DNA of 32,000 nt from Candidatus Electronema halotolerans (GCA_942493095.1 OW818675.1:3150001-3182000), one strand, 5' to 3'; positions 1 to 9,521 are shown, counted from the stretch's first letter. Notes: generated by a model not told the origin, from the sequence alone. A program made the numbers and translations.

Positions 1-11
1 AATTTTCTGAG

Positions 12-278
12 TCAAGCAATCTCAAAATTTCCATGCTTGACCTCTTCGATTTTTCCGCAAAGCTCGTTGAATATTTTCATCTGCGCTTTCCATTCAATGT
101 AATCATCCCACTGTGAAAAATCATCTTGCGCGGCATGTTCAACCTGCTGTTTGAACTCGCTCCACGGCTGGTTGTATTTTTGCTCAAAAAGACGTATTTT
201 TTCGCGCACCGTGTGCAGGGCAGCATGATATTCCATCAGGAGCCATTCTGCAATTTCCTGCTTATACACTGTAATCAT
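12..278 (-). CDS. Small hypothetical protein (88 aa), possibly antitoxin-like first gene of a pair continuing off the left edge
   Basis: Complete ORF with strong upstream GGAGGT Shine-Dalgarno (minus strand GGAGGTGAAGAGACATG). Charged, helical-looking short protein. A possible TTG start of a next gene overlaps its stop at the window edge. The antitoxin idea is only inference. Confidence 0.6.
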   Translation of the reverse strand: MITVYKQEIAEWLLMEYHAALHTVREKIRLFEQKYNQPWSEFKQQVEHAAQDDFSQWDDYIEWKAQMKIFNELCGKIEEVKHGNFEIA

Positions 279-375
279 GTCTCTTCACCTCCAATGAATG
301 CGTGATCGCAACAAGCCATCCCCATGCTGGAAGTAAAAAAAATACAGCTAAAATGGGATGCTGTCAAACCAAAAC

Positions 376-403
376 AGCCCGAACTGCTTCTGCAATCCGG
401 GCT
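376..403 (-). terminator. Rho-independent terminator-like hairpin downstream of the truncated hdrA copy (T-tract degenerate)
   Basis: Minus strand AGCCCGGATTGC-AGAA-GCAGTTCGGGCT: 12-pair stem with G-U pairs, followed by GTTTTGGTTTG. Same hairpin as 6070-6097. Confidence 0.6.
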
Positions 404-437
404 GATCACTCTCCGCATCACAACGAAACCGCCAGCG

Positions 438-1925
438 TTACACCGTCGCAGGCTCCTTCACTTCCTCACCAAAGGCGTGAATCTGAGCCATGATGCCGTT
501 CATAGTGAAGCGGCCCATGTCAATGGCCATAGTCGGACAGCGGGCCGCGCACACGCCGCAGCCCTTGCAGGAGGCGGTGATGGTGCGGGCCTTGCGCTTG
601 CCGTTGTCATCCTTATAGATATCAATGGCCTTGTACGGACAGAAGCTCTCGCAGGCTCCGCAGCCGATGCACTGCTCCGCGTCGATCTGAGAGACAATCG
701 GGGCCGGAGTCACCGAGCCTTTGGCTAACGGATGACTGGCCCGGCCTGCTGCCGCCTGGGCCTGAGCCACAGTCTCGTCCATCGAGCGCGGCGAATGGGC
801 CAGACCGCAGACAAAAGTCCCGTCCACCGGCAGGTCAACCGGCTGGAGCTTGACATGCGCTTCCAAGAAGAATTTTTCCGCCGTGACCGGCACTTTCAGC
901 ATCTTGGCCAGCGCGGTCGGGTCTTCCGGGACTATGCCGGTTGACAGAGCGAGCAGATCGGTATCCGCTTCCAACTCCTCGCCGAGCAGCGGGTCAAAGT
1001 AGCGCACCTTAACCGCATCGCCATCGACACTGACTTCCGGCTTGCGCTCCAAGCTGTAGCGGGTGAAAATCACGCCGAGTTGGCGCGCTTTGCGGTAATC
1101 ATCTTCCATAAAGCCGTAGGAACGCATGTCTCGGTAAAGAATCACAATCTGCATTTCCGGCTGAAGAGCCTTGAGGCGCAGGGCGTTCTTCAGAGCTTGG
1201 CCGCAGCAGACCCGGCTGCAATAGGTCAAATCCTCGTCCCGCGAGCCGACGCACTGAATCATCACCGCCCGTTTGGCCGCCTTGAGGCCGTCCTGCTCCG
1301 CAACCAGCCGCTGCTCCAGCTCAAGCTGGGTGACGATCTTCGGTGACTGGCCGTAGCAATATTGCGTCGGCTGATAAGGATTGCCGCCTGTCGCTAAAAC
1401 CGTCACTCCGTGGTGAATCAGCTCGCTCGCGCCCTTGCTTTCTACCGTGGTGGTGAAGTTGCCGACATAGCCGGAACAGGCCGTCACCTGCGCCTCGGTA
1501 TGCACAGTGATGCGCGCATGACTGTTGACCCGATCAATCACCGACTGCACGGCCTGCTTGGGATCATTGCCGCGCCGGTCAGCCGTGAGCAGCAGGGCCT
1601 TGCCGCCGAGCTGAGTTCCGCGCTCGATCAAGGCGACATCAAAGCCCTGATCAGCAATGGCCAAGGCTGCTGTCATGCCTGCCAAGCCGCCGCCGACCAC
1701 CAGTGCCGAGGGCGTGACCGGGAGCTGCATCTCTTGCAACGCGGTCAGATGACAGGCTTTGGCCACGGCCATGCGCACAGCATCTTTAGCTTTCGCAGTC
1801 GCCCGCTCCGGCTCGTGTATATGCACCCAAGAACATTGGTCGCGGATATTGGCCATCTCAAAGAGCGGAATCCGTTGTTCTTGATAGATAGAGAATATCG
1901 ATCTATAATAAACAGGTAAGCACAT
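438..1925 (-). pseudogene. 5'-truncated but open duplicate of HdrA-like FAD/4Fe-4S protein (C-terminal module only)
   Basis: Protein from IRDQCSWVHIHEPERA to the end is nearly identical to the C-terminal half of the 6134-9202 gene, including GGGLAGMTAALAIA and two ferredoxin motifs CIGCGACESFC and CKGCGVCAARC. Homology stops at about position 1867; upstream residues MCLPVYYRSIFSIYQEQRIP are unrelated. Confidence 0.8.
1881..1909 (+). promoter_or_regulatory. Candidate sigma70-type promoter for vapBC with overlapping inverted repeat
   Basis: TTGATA (1881-1886), 17-bp spacer, TATAAT (1904-1909). Inverted repeat ATAGAT (1884-1889)/ATCTAT (1901-1906) overlaps it. It lies about 50 bp upstream of the vapB ATG. 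Confidence 0.55.
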
Positions 1926-1960
1926 CAGCCATATCCAAAATATTTGCCAAGGAAAGCATC

Positions 1961-2164
1961 ATGGAACAAATAGATAAAATATCTGACAACGAATTGGTCC
2001 GCCGCTGCATGGAGCGAACAGGAATCAAAACACAAGCGGCCTTAATTGATTACGCATTGCGCGAGCTGCTCAGGCGTGAGAATCAAATGGAAATTCTGCA
2101 ATTGAAGGGGCGTGTTCATTGGCAGGGTAGCTTGGAGGAATGGCGGCAGGGACGTGACGCATGA
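1961..2164 (+). CDS. vapB: VapB-type antitoxin
   Basis: 67 aa, 'RCMERTGIKTQAALIDYALRELLRRE' resembles VapB/RHH antitoxins. RBS-like AAGGAAAG. Stop overlaps the start of the adjacent PIN-domain toxin gene. Confidence 0.85.
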   Translation: MEQIDKISDNELVRRCMERTGIKTQAALIDYALRELLRRENQMEILQLKGRVHWQGSLEEWRQGRDA

Positions 2165-2574
2165 TGGTTTTGGTTGACACCAGCGTCTGGATAAATTTCT
2201 TTGCAGCCCGCGCCTGCCCGCATGTTGCGGCCCTTGAGCAGCTTATTGTCAACCGGGAAGATGTTTGTCTTTGCGGTGTTATTCTGACAGAGATTCTTCA
2301 GGGAATCAGAAATGACGCGGAGTTTGAGCGCACACGGGAAATGCTGGAAAATTTAATTTTTCTGCCGATGCGTCAGTCTGTTTTTCTGCGGGCAGCCGAG
2401 ATATATCGTTCTCTGCGGAAGAAAGGCATCACTGTCAGAAAGCCGGTGGACTGCATGATTGCATCCACAGCCATCGAATACAATCTGCCTCTGCTTCACA
2501 ATGACAGAGATTTCATTCCGATTGAGCAGCATTGTGGGTTGAAAAATTTTTTGTCGTCTGAGAGCTTTCAGTGA
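2161..2574 (+). CDS. vapC: VapC-type PIN-domain ribonuclease toxin
   Basis: MMVLVDTSVWINFF start, TEILQGI, RKPVDCMIASTAIEYNLPLLHNDRDF: typical acidic PIN motifs. Start overlaps the vapB stop. Confidence 0.92.
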   Translation: MMVLVDTSVWINFFAARACPHVAALEQLIVNREDVCLCGVILTEILQGIRNDAEFERTREMLENLIFLPMRQSVFLRAAEIYRSLRKKGITVRKPVDCMIASTAIEYNLPLLHNDRDFIPIEQHCGLKNFLSSESFQ

Positions 2575-2700
2575 GATTTGGCAGTTTGCTTGCGAGGAAA
2601 AAATATGAAGCCGATTCTGCAATGGGAGAACACTTCTCCACATGTCCTGCATCAGGTGCTGGAAGAAACGTTACCGGCTTCGGCTTGAACGAGCTAACAC

Positions 2701-5700
2701 TCAATCCTTGATGCAGCGAACAGATGCTCCCCCCGCACGAAGAATTATATCATTTAAGTATGCTTCACTGGTGGTGAAATTCAAGGCGTAAGAATAGGAG
2801 ATATTATAACCAAGACAATCATAACCGATGCTGGTCCAGTAAAAACCATAGACACCTTGACCGGTTATTTCTCCATCTGTGTGTGAACGACTGCCTGATG
2901 CAACGATCTTTAAAGGAGACGCGAACGCGCCAGCAGCATCTTTTGAACTCCAAGAATTTATCTCAACTTGCCATTCATCTTTAGTCGGCAGTCTGAATCC
3001 GTCAGGACAAGGATTATTTACGCCGTTTACGCCTTGCCACAGGTTATTATTTTGCGGACTTCTCCAATCATAAGGACTGACATCTGATGTTATAAATTTA
3101 TCATGTCCCGGATGATCGGTAGAAATGAGCGTTGAAGTTGTTCCGCTTGTTCGTTTTTCATGCCCGTCAGAAAGTCTGCCCCACTGATAAAGATCGCCAA
3201 ACGCCTCTGTATCCGTCATACTCGTTGCCACTCGCGAAGCACCGAGATTGCGGTCCATCCAGATTCTTCCTGTCGGAGAAGTTACCGTTGGGATTGTAGG
3301 TTTCTGTATTGTTATGGTGAGCTTTTCTTCTGTCCAAGGAACGCTTTCAGAGGAACCAATAGTTGATGTTACGACAGCAAAATACGTTTTTCCCGCTATA
3401 CCTTGGAAACTCGCATTTGTTGCTGTTGTTTTTATTGTAAAACCATTTGGATGTGAATCGAAATCTTCAGGGTCTATTCCTCTTTTATCGGAAATATAGA
3501 CTGTATATCCATCTGCAAAAGGTGATGCATCCCAGCTTAGATAAACAACCGCTGAATCGTTCGCGGTAAGAGCTAAATTCTTTGGGGGCTGGGGCGTTAC
3601 TATTTCTTTTGAAACGACACTTACAAAAAATTGATCTTTTTCAGATTCTCCGCTTGGGGTGGTGACTTTTACTCTTCCTCGGATAAGTACATGATTTGTT
3701 CCTAGTGGAATTTCTGGTGCAACAAAAGAAGCTGTTGTCCCATTATTTGAAATTGAAATTCCCTCAGGAGAAGTAATTCTCCAGTCGTATTCAGTTCCTG
3801 ATGGTGGTGTGTAGGGTACTGTATTAAAGCTAAGATCACCATCTTCTAATTCCAATAAAACCTGTTCCCCAGGTTCTGCTGTCTGGAATTTTTTAACCAG
3901 ATTTAGCGACAGTTCTTTCTGTAAAATTTCCTGATCAAGAGTCAATCCATATTCATAGGTATTACTCAGCGAACTTGTATGGAGTATTCCGAGTGGATCG
4001 TTTTTATATTTTTTATATCGAACCCATGTGGATATCTCCAAAAAATCGTTAGTTACATCTGGGTTATCCATTTTTTCTGCAAGGCAGCCGTTATACGTGT
4101 CTCCGTAGTTATATAGGTTGAATTTACTCCCGCCAATTCCTTTAGGGATGCCTGAATAAATTGTGTTATTAAAAACGCCGTTCTCTCCCAGAGAACGAAA
4201 TTGTATTTGACCTGTATCTATCATCAGTCCATCGGTCGATAAATTTTCAAATTCTACGCAGACAACGATGAAGTTATTGATGGTCGAAACCTTTTTTATA
4301 CGGATATTCATCATATCTGTAGATGAATTCTGTTGAGAAGGTAAAAGAATAATCGCTTTGTCTTTCAAATCCTTCACCTTACTATCTACTAACCCAGTAG
4401 CATCAGCAACTATTTTATTAAACAACGCCTCGTCAATATTTCTATTGTTCATGAAATGTTTTTTCAGTTCCCACCAATTTGATGGATACCCATATTCAGC
4501 CTGCTGTTTTACAAACGCAAGTTTTCCAGCCGCATTATAATACGCATTAAGATAATCCAAAGCGGCACTATATGTGTCGATCTCGTCTTGCTTGCTATAG
4601 AGCATCCATGCTGCTATTCCATTTAAGTAAACTTGGTAAACCTCTTGCGAGAATTGACTGACACAGCCCAAAGCACTTAATTTAGAAATATCGCGTTCCC
4701 AACGGCAAGCATCATACACCCTGCCTCCTTTCATGAGTCCATCAACAGCACCGGCAGTCCACAGGTGGCCTTCTCCTATGAGTTCTTCTTTAATTTCATC
4801 CTCGGTCATCGAAAGCAATTCGCTCTTTACTTTATCTTTACCACCTTCTAACAATCCTGCTTTTACACTGTCAGGACTTGCATTAACTGCTGAAATAGCA
4901 GCAAAAGCATCTGCTACAGCCTTTGCATCTTTCTCTGCTTCCTTTTTTCTTTCTAAAACATCGAGAGAGTCCCATATCATGGCACTATGTTGAAGATTCA
5001 TTAACGGTCCTACGTGAAAATGCCAGAAATAATGTTTTAATCTATACCAAGCACTCATGGGTGCATCACCTTCAAGTATAGCTGTATTGCATGGAAAATC
5101 TGTCAAACAGCCAGCCAAGGGAGAATTGCCATGATAATAGTCATAAATACCAAGATTTTTTAGCAGTTCAGCCTTGGGGGCATTGATAGAATGCTGGATA
5201 CTGCCTGTCTTATCCGCATTAAACTCCTTGCCGACTAACGTTTTAAATTGGTTTTTAAAATCTTGGTCGTTTGGATCAACTTCATAGATGGAATAGCTGA
5301 GGTTTTTAAGAGCTTCATCATCATCTGTTTTGATCTGTATTCCGTTATCAGGCAGGCCGTCAGAATCTAAGCTTTGCATGATCATGGCTACTTGTTCATA
5401 GCTGCTCATATCATTAACAAAAGCGTATTTATCTGCTCGTACTACCCCTATTGGTTGTCCGCCAATAAAAAATTTTATTGTATCTCCTTTCTTGTAGCGA
5501 TATTCGCAGTTTTCTGTTGTTCTTCCGCTGATACCAGAGCTGGTCTCATATTGCATATTCGATACACAACTATCGATAAATTTACCTGTCTTGACTTTTG
5601 ATCTTATGATAGGAACTATTTTTAATAGTAAGCTTGATGCAGCAAATCCAACCCTGAATGAACAGGTTATAAGCAACAATAAGATAAGTACCCAGAATTT

Positions 5701-5718
5701 TTTATTCATGTTCTTCAT
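2701..5718 (-). CDS. Large secreted protein with novel N-terminal region, Ig/PKD-like and fibronectin type III-like segments, and C-terminal FISUMP (Fib_succ_major) domain
   Basis: 1005 aa. Signal peptide MNKKFWVLILLLLITCSFRVGFA. FnIII-like PPKNLALTANDSAVVYLSWDASPFADGYTVYIS. C-terminal 'IWMDRNLGASRVA...DLYQWGR...PCPDGFRLPTKDEW...YWTS...SVRCIKD' is characteristic of the FISUMP domain. Confidence 0.85.
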   Translation of the reverse strand: MKNMNKKFWVLILLLLITCSFRVGFAASSLLLKIVPIIRSKVKTGKFIDSCVSNMQYETSSGISGRTTENCEYRYKKGDTIKFFIGGQPIGVVRADKYAFVNDMSSYEQVAMIMQSLDSDGLPDNGIQIKTDDDEALKNLSYSIYEVDPNDQDFKNQFKTLVGKEFNADKTGSIQHSINAPKAELLKNLGIYDYYHGNSPLAGCLTDFPCNTAILEGDAPMSAWYRLKHYFWHFHVGPLMNLQHSAMIWDSLDVLERKKEAEKDAKAVADAFAAISAVNASPDSVKAGLLEGGKDKVKSELLSMTEDEIKEELIGEGHLWTAGAVDGLMKGGRVYDACRWERDISKLSALGCVSQFSQEVYQVYLNGIAAWMLYSKQDEIDTYSAALDYLNAYYNAAGKLAFVKQQAEYGYPSNWWELKKHFMNNRNIDEALFNKIVADATGLVDSKVKDLKDKAIILLPSQQNSSTDMMNIRIKKVSTINNFIVVCVEFENLSTDGLMIDTGQIQFRSLGENGVFNNTIYSGIPKGIGGSKFNLYNYGDTYNGCLAEKMDNPDVTNDFLEISTWVRYKKYKNDPLGILHTSSLSNTYEYGLTLDQEILQKELSLNLVKKFQTAEPGEQVLLELEDGDLSFNTVPYTPPSGTEYDWRITSPEGISISNNGTTASFVAPEIPLGTNHVLIRGRVKVTTPSGESEKDQFFVSVVSKEIVTPQPPKNLALTANDSAVVYLSWDASPFADGYTVYISDKRGIDPEDFDSHPNGFTIKTTATNASFQGIAGKTYFAVVTSTIGSSESVPWTEEKLTITIQKPTIPTVTSPTGRIWMDRNLGASRVATSMTDTEAFGDLYQWGRLSDGHEKRTSGTTSTLISTDHPGHDKFITSDVSPYDWRSPQNNNLWQGVNGVNNPCPDGFRLPTKDEWQVEINSWSSKDAAGAFASPLKIVASGSRSHTDGEITGQGVYGFYWTSIGYDCLGYNISYSYALNFTTSEAYLNDIILRAGGASVRCIKD

Positions 5719-6061
5719 TTTTTTGAAAAATGCTATATGTTAAAGCAAAGATGGAACGTTTTAATGGGCTATGCCCTGTGCGAGACCATGTCTCGGACCT
5801 TCTGCCGGGTTTTGTCTGTGAAGCAGGCGAGGGATTCAGCCAGATAAAGTAACCGTAAGCACCCCGTCGTCGGTGGCTCACGGACAGGTTGATGCCGTGG
5901 ATTTGAAAGAGCCTGCCCGTGTCGCAGAACAGGAAAAAATCTATAAACCAATCCTGTCTATAGATGAATTATAGTAATTTCATACTCTTTGCAGCATGTT
6001 CATTAGTCTCATGAGATGCAAGTAATTTGATCAGTATCTCCGCTGCCACTTATTTTGTCAA

Positions 6062-6097
6062 GAAAAAAGAGCCCGAACTGCTTCTGCAATCCGGGCT
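6062..6097 (-). terminator. Rho-independent terminator of the full-length hdrA-like gene
   Basis: Minus strand AGCCCGGATTGC-AGAA-GCAGTTCGGGCT followed by CTTTTTTC. Confidence 0.8.
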
Positions 6098-6133
6098 GAT
6101 CTATATTACTGCATCACAACAAAACCGCCAGCT

Positions 6134-9100
6134 TTACGCTGCCACAGGCTCCTTGACCTTCTCACCAAAGGCGTGAATCTGGGCCATGATGCCGTTCATG
6201 GTGAAGCGGCCCATGTCGATAGCCATAGTCGGACAGCGGGCCGCGCACACGCCGCAGCCCTTGCAGGAGGCGGTGATGGTGCGGGCCTTGCGCTTGCCGT
6301 TGTCATCCTTATAAATATCAATGGCCTTGTACGGGCAAAAGCTCTCGCAGGCTCCGCAGCCGATGCACTGCTCCGCGTCGATCTGAGAGACAATCGGAGC
6401 CGGAGTCACCGAGCCTTTGGCTAACGGATGACTGGCCCGGCCTGCTGCCGCCTGGGCCTGAGCCACAGTCTCATCCATCGAGCGCGGCGAATGGGCCAGA
6501 CCGCAGACAAAGGTCCCGTCCACCGGCAGATCCACCGGCTGGAGCTTGACATGCGCCTCCAAGAAGAACTTCTCCGCTGTGACCGGCACCTTGAGCATTT
6601 TGGCCAGCGTGGTCGGGTCTTCCGGGACGATGCCGGTTGAGAGCGCGAGCAGGTCGGCATCCGCCTCCAGTTCCTCACCGAGCAGCGGATCAAAATAGCG
6701 CACTTTGACCGCATCGCCTTCAACGCTGACCTCCGGCTTGCGCTCCAAGCTGTAGCGGGTGAAGATCACGCCGAGCTGGCGCGCCTTGCGGTAGTCGTCC
6801 TCCATGAAGCCGTAGGAGCGCATGTCGCGGTAGAGGACAACAATCTGCATCTCCGGCTGCAATGCCTTGAGGCGGAGGGCGTTCTTCAGAGCTTGGCCGC
6901 AGCAGACGCGGCTGCAATAGGTCAAATCCTCGTCCCGCGAGCCGACGCACTGAATCATCACCGCCCGCTTGGCCGCCTTGAGGCCGTCCTGATCAGCAAC
7001 CAGCCGCTGTTCCAATTCAAGCTGGGTGACGATCTTGGGCGACTGGCCGTAGCAATATTGCGTGGGCTGATAAGGATTGCCGCCAGTGGCAAGCACAGTC
7101 ACACCGTGATGAATCAGCTCGCTCGCGCCCTTGCTTTCCACTGTGGTGGTGAAATTGCCGACATAGCCGGAGCAGGCCGTCACCTGCGCCTCGGTATGCA
7201 CAGTGATGCGCGCATGACTGTTCACCCGATCAATCACCGCCTGCACGGCCTGCCGGGGATCATTGCCGCGCCGGTCAGCGGTGAGCAGCAGAGCCTTGCC
7301 GCCGAGGCTCTGCCCCCGCTCAACCAAGGCCACATCAAAACCCTGATCAGCAATGGCCAGCGCAGCAGTCATGCCTGCCAGACCGCCTCCGATCACCAGA
7401 GCTGAGGGCGTGACTGGGAGCTGCATCTCCTCCAGCGCGGTCAGATGACAGGCTTTGGCAACCGCCATGCGCACCGCATCCTTGGCTTTTTCCGTAGCCC
7501 GTTCCGGCTCATGGATATGCACCCAAGAACATTGGTCGCGGATATTGGCCATCTCAAAGAGCGAACGGTTCAGTCCGGCCTCGCGCAAGGTGGCCTGAAA
7601 GAGCGGCTCATGAGTACGCGGCGTGCAGGCCGCCACCACCAGCCGATTGAGCTTGTGTTCCTGAATAGTCTCGGTCAGCACCCGCTGCGCGTCCTGCGAG
7701 CAGGAATACATATTGGCCGAGGCGTAGGCAACATGAGGCAGAGTCTTGGCATATTCAGCCACTTCCGGCACATTAACCACGCCGCCGATGTTGATGCCGC
7801 AGTGGCAGACAAACACGCCCACTCGCGGCTCTTCCTGACTGATGTCGCGCTCGTCCGGGAAGACTGCCTTGACCGTTTCGCTGCCACGAGCTGCGGCAAG
7901 CTGGCCTGCGCAAAGAGCCGCCGCCCCGCCGCCTTGGGTGACAGAATCAGGAATATCTTTCGGCCCTTGGAACGCACCGATCACATAGACACCCGGCCTG
8001 CTGGTCGCCAGCGGGGTGTACGTGTTTGTTTCAGCAAAAAGGTACTCGTTCAGGTCAATGCCAGCGGCCTGAGCCAGCTTGTCCGCTTCATCCGGTGCCT
8101 CCAGTCCCTGCGAGAGCACGACCAGATCAAACTTTTCGCAATGATGCTTGCTGTCCTCAGTTGCCCACGTCAGCATCAGGCCGCCGCCGAAGACATCCTC
8201 GACCTTGGGCGGACGGGCATAGATCACTCGGAACTTGCCTTCTTCAATCGCCCGCTTGCGGGCCGCATCAAAGCCCTTGCCGTGGGTGCGCACGTCCATG
8301 TAAAAGAGGGTGATCTCGCAGTTCGGATCGTGCTCGCGGGCCAAGGTGGCCTGTTTGATCGCGTACATGCAGCAGACCGAGGAGCAGTAGTTGTTGCCGC
8401 AGGTCTCGTCGCGGGAGCCGATGCACTGGAGGAAGGCGATCTTCTTAGGATGCTTGTGATCGGAAATGCGGAGAATCTCACCGCCAGTCGGGCCAGAGGC
8501 GCACATCAGCCGCTCATGCTCAAAGGCCGTGACCACGTCTTGGAATTTGCCCAGACCGTACTTGGCCATGACCTCGTCGCTGATCCGGCCAAAGCCCGGA
8601 GCAAGAATCACTGCGCCGACTGGAATCTCCAGCGTTTTCTCTGTGTCATCAAAGCGGATCGCATTGGCTTGGCAGGCCACGGCGCAAAGGCCGCAGGTGT
8701 CAAAGTTCAGCTTCAGGCAGGCTTTGGCATCAATATAATACGAGGTCGGCACGGCCTGCGAATAGTCAATATGCGCGGCATGGTTGACCTCCATGTTCTC
8801 GTTGAAATCGTTGCCAATCTGCTTGAGACAGTAGAGCGTGCATTGGCCGCAGCCTGTGCAGACTTCTTCGTCAATATAGCGCGGCTGCTTTTTGATCGTG
8901 GCCGTGAAATTGCCCGGCTCGCCTTTCAGCTCAACCAGCTCGGACAGGGTGAGAATCTCAATGTTGGGATCACGGCCCGCCTCGACCAGCTTGGGCGCGA
9001 GGATGCAGAGCGAGCAGTCATTGGTGGGAAAGGTCTTGTCCAAGCGGGCCATGACCCCGCCGATAGCCCCGGACTTCTCAATCAGATACACCTTGTAGCC

Positions 9101-9202
9101 TAATTCTGTCAGGTCAAGGGCGGTCTGGACACCGGCCACGCCGCCGCCGATCACCATCACTGCGCCGCTGATCTTGCCGGGCTGTTCTGCAATTGCGTTC
9201 AT
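6134..9202 (-). CDS. hdrA: HdrA-like heterodisulfide reductase subunit A, long two-module form (about 1022 aa)
   Basis: Start taken at MNAIAEQPGKISGAVMVIGGGVAGVQTALDLTELGYKVYLIEK, with AAGGAG upstream, rather than the ORF-track start at 9397. Two FAD-binding GxGGxAG modules, 'TNDCSLCILAPKL', CTGCGQCTLYC, and C-terminal double 4Fe-4S motifs. Confidence 0.9.
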   Translation of the reverse strand: MNAIAEQPGKISGAVMVIGGGVAGVQTALDLTELGYKVYLIEKSGAIGGVMARLDKTFPTNDCSLCILAPKLVEAGRDPNIEILTLSELVELKGEPGNFTATIKKQPRYIDEEVCTGCGQCTLYCLKQIGNDFNENMEVNHAAHIDYSQAVPTSYYIDAKACLKLNFDTCGLCAVACQANAIRFDDTEKTLEIPVGAVILAPGFGRISDEVMAKYGLGKFQDVVTAFEHERLMCASGPTGGEILRISDHKHPKKIAFLQCIGSRDETCGNNYCSSVCCMYAIKQATLAREHDPNCEITLFYMDVRTHGKGFDAARKRAIEEGKFRVIYARPPKVEDVFGGGLMLTWATEDSKHHCEKFDLVVLSQGLEAPDEADKLAQAAGIDLNEYLFAETNTYTPLATSRPGVYVIGAFQGPKDIPDSVTQGGGAAALCAGQLAAARGSETVKAVFPDERDISQEEPRVGVFVCHCGINIGGVVNVPEVAEYAKTLPHVAYASANMYSCSQDAQRVLTETIQEHKLNRLVVAACTPRTHEPLFQATLREAGLNRSLFEMANIRDQCSWVHIHEPERATEKAKDAVRMAVAKACHLTALEEMQLPVTPSALVIGGGLAGMTAALAIADQGFDVALVERGQSLGGKALLLTADRRGNDPRQAVQAVIDRVNSHARITVHTEAQVTACSGYVGNFTTTVESKGASELIHHGVTVLATGGNPYQPTQYCYGQSPKIVTQLELEQRLVADQDGLKAAKRAVMIQCVGSRDEDLTYCSRVCCGQALKNALRLKALQPEMQIVVLYRDMRSYGFMEDDYRKARQLGVIFTRYSLERKPEVSVEGDAVKVRYFDPLLGEELEADADLLALSTGIVPEDPTTLAKMLKVPVTAEKFFLEAHVKLQPVDLPVDGTFVCGLAHSPRSMDETVAQAQAAAGRASHPLAKGSVTPAPIVSQIDAEQCIGCGACESFCPYKAIDIYKDDNGKRKARTITASCKGCGVCAARCPTMAIDMGRFTMNGIMAQIHAFGEKVKEPVAA

Positions 9203-9521
9203 GTAGTCAATCTCCTTGGTGCGTCCGCCGCAGCGGCAAGGCCGCGCTGCCAGCGGAAGAATGAAATTGGTGCTGACGGCTCTCTGTGATGCGTCGGCCT
9301 GAGCAGCCGGAGAAATCAGGAGAAGAGAAAAGCCGCCGACAGTTTGTCCCAGCCTGAATCGGGCCGGATGCCGTGACGGCAATTTCAGATGATACAACGA
9401 ATCTTCAGCATCTCTGCCATGTTCCTGATGGGCAACGGATTGAAAAACTGCGCAAAAGGATAGCCCAATATGGACGGAATTGCAAGCGGAAAAGGCGGCG
9501 CAGGCCGCTGGAACAGCTGAC

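Noticed and set aside
2701-2850. Diversity-generating retroelement target (variable region at the 3' end of the FISUMP gene)
   Set aside because: FISUMP-type lectin-like folds can be DGR targets, but no reverse transcriptase, Avd gene or template-repeat copy of the 3' end is visible in this window.
7445-9103. 552-aa ORF on the plus strand opposite hdrA
   Set aside because: Antisense shadow ORF of a high-GC coding gene; low-complexity, Arg/Gly/His-rich translation without domains.
376-9202. Transposon or IS element mobilising the hdrA duplicate
   Set aside because: No transposase/integrase ORF, terminal inverted repeats or target-site duplications could be identified at the junctions.
9203-9397. 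N-terminal extension of the hdrA ORF (MYHLKLPSRHP...)
   Set aside because: The downstream ATG at 9202 has a good AAGGAG RBS and starts the conserved FAD-binding region; the extension is not HdrA-like.
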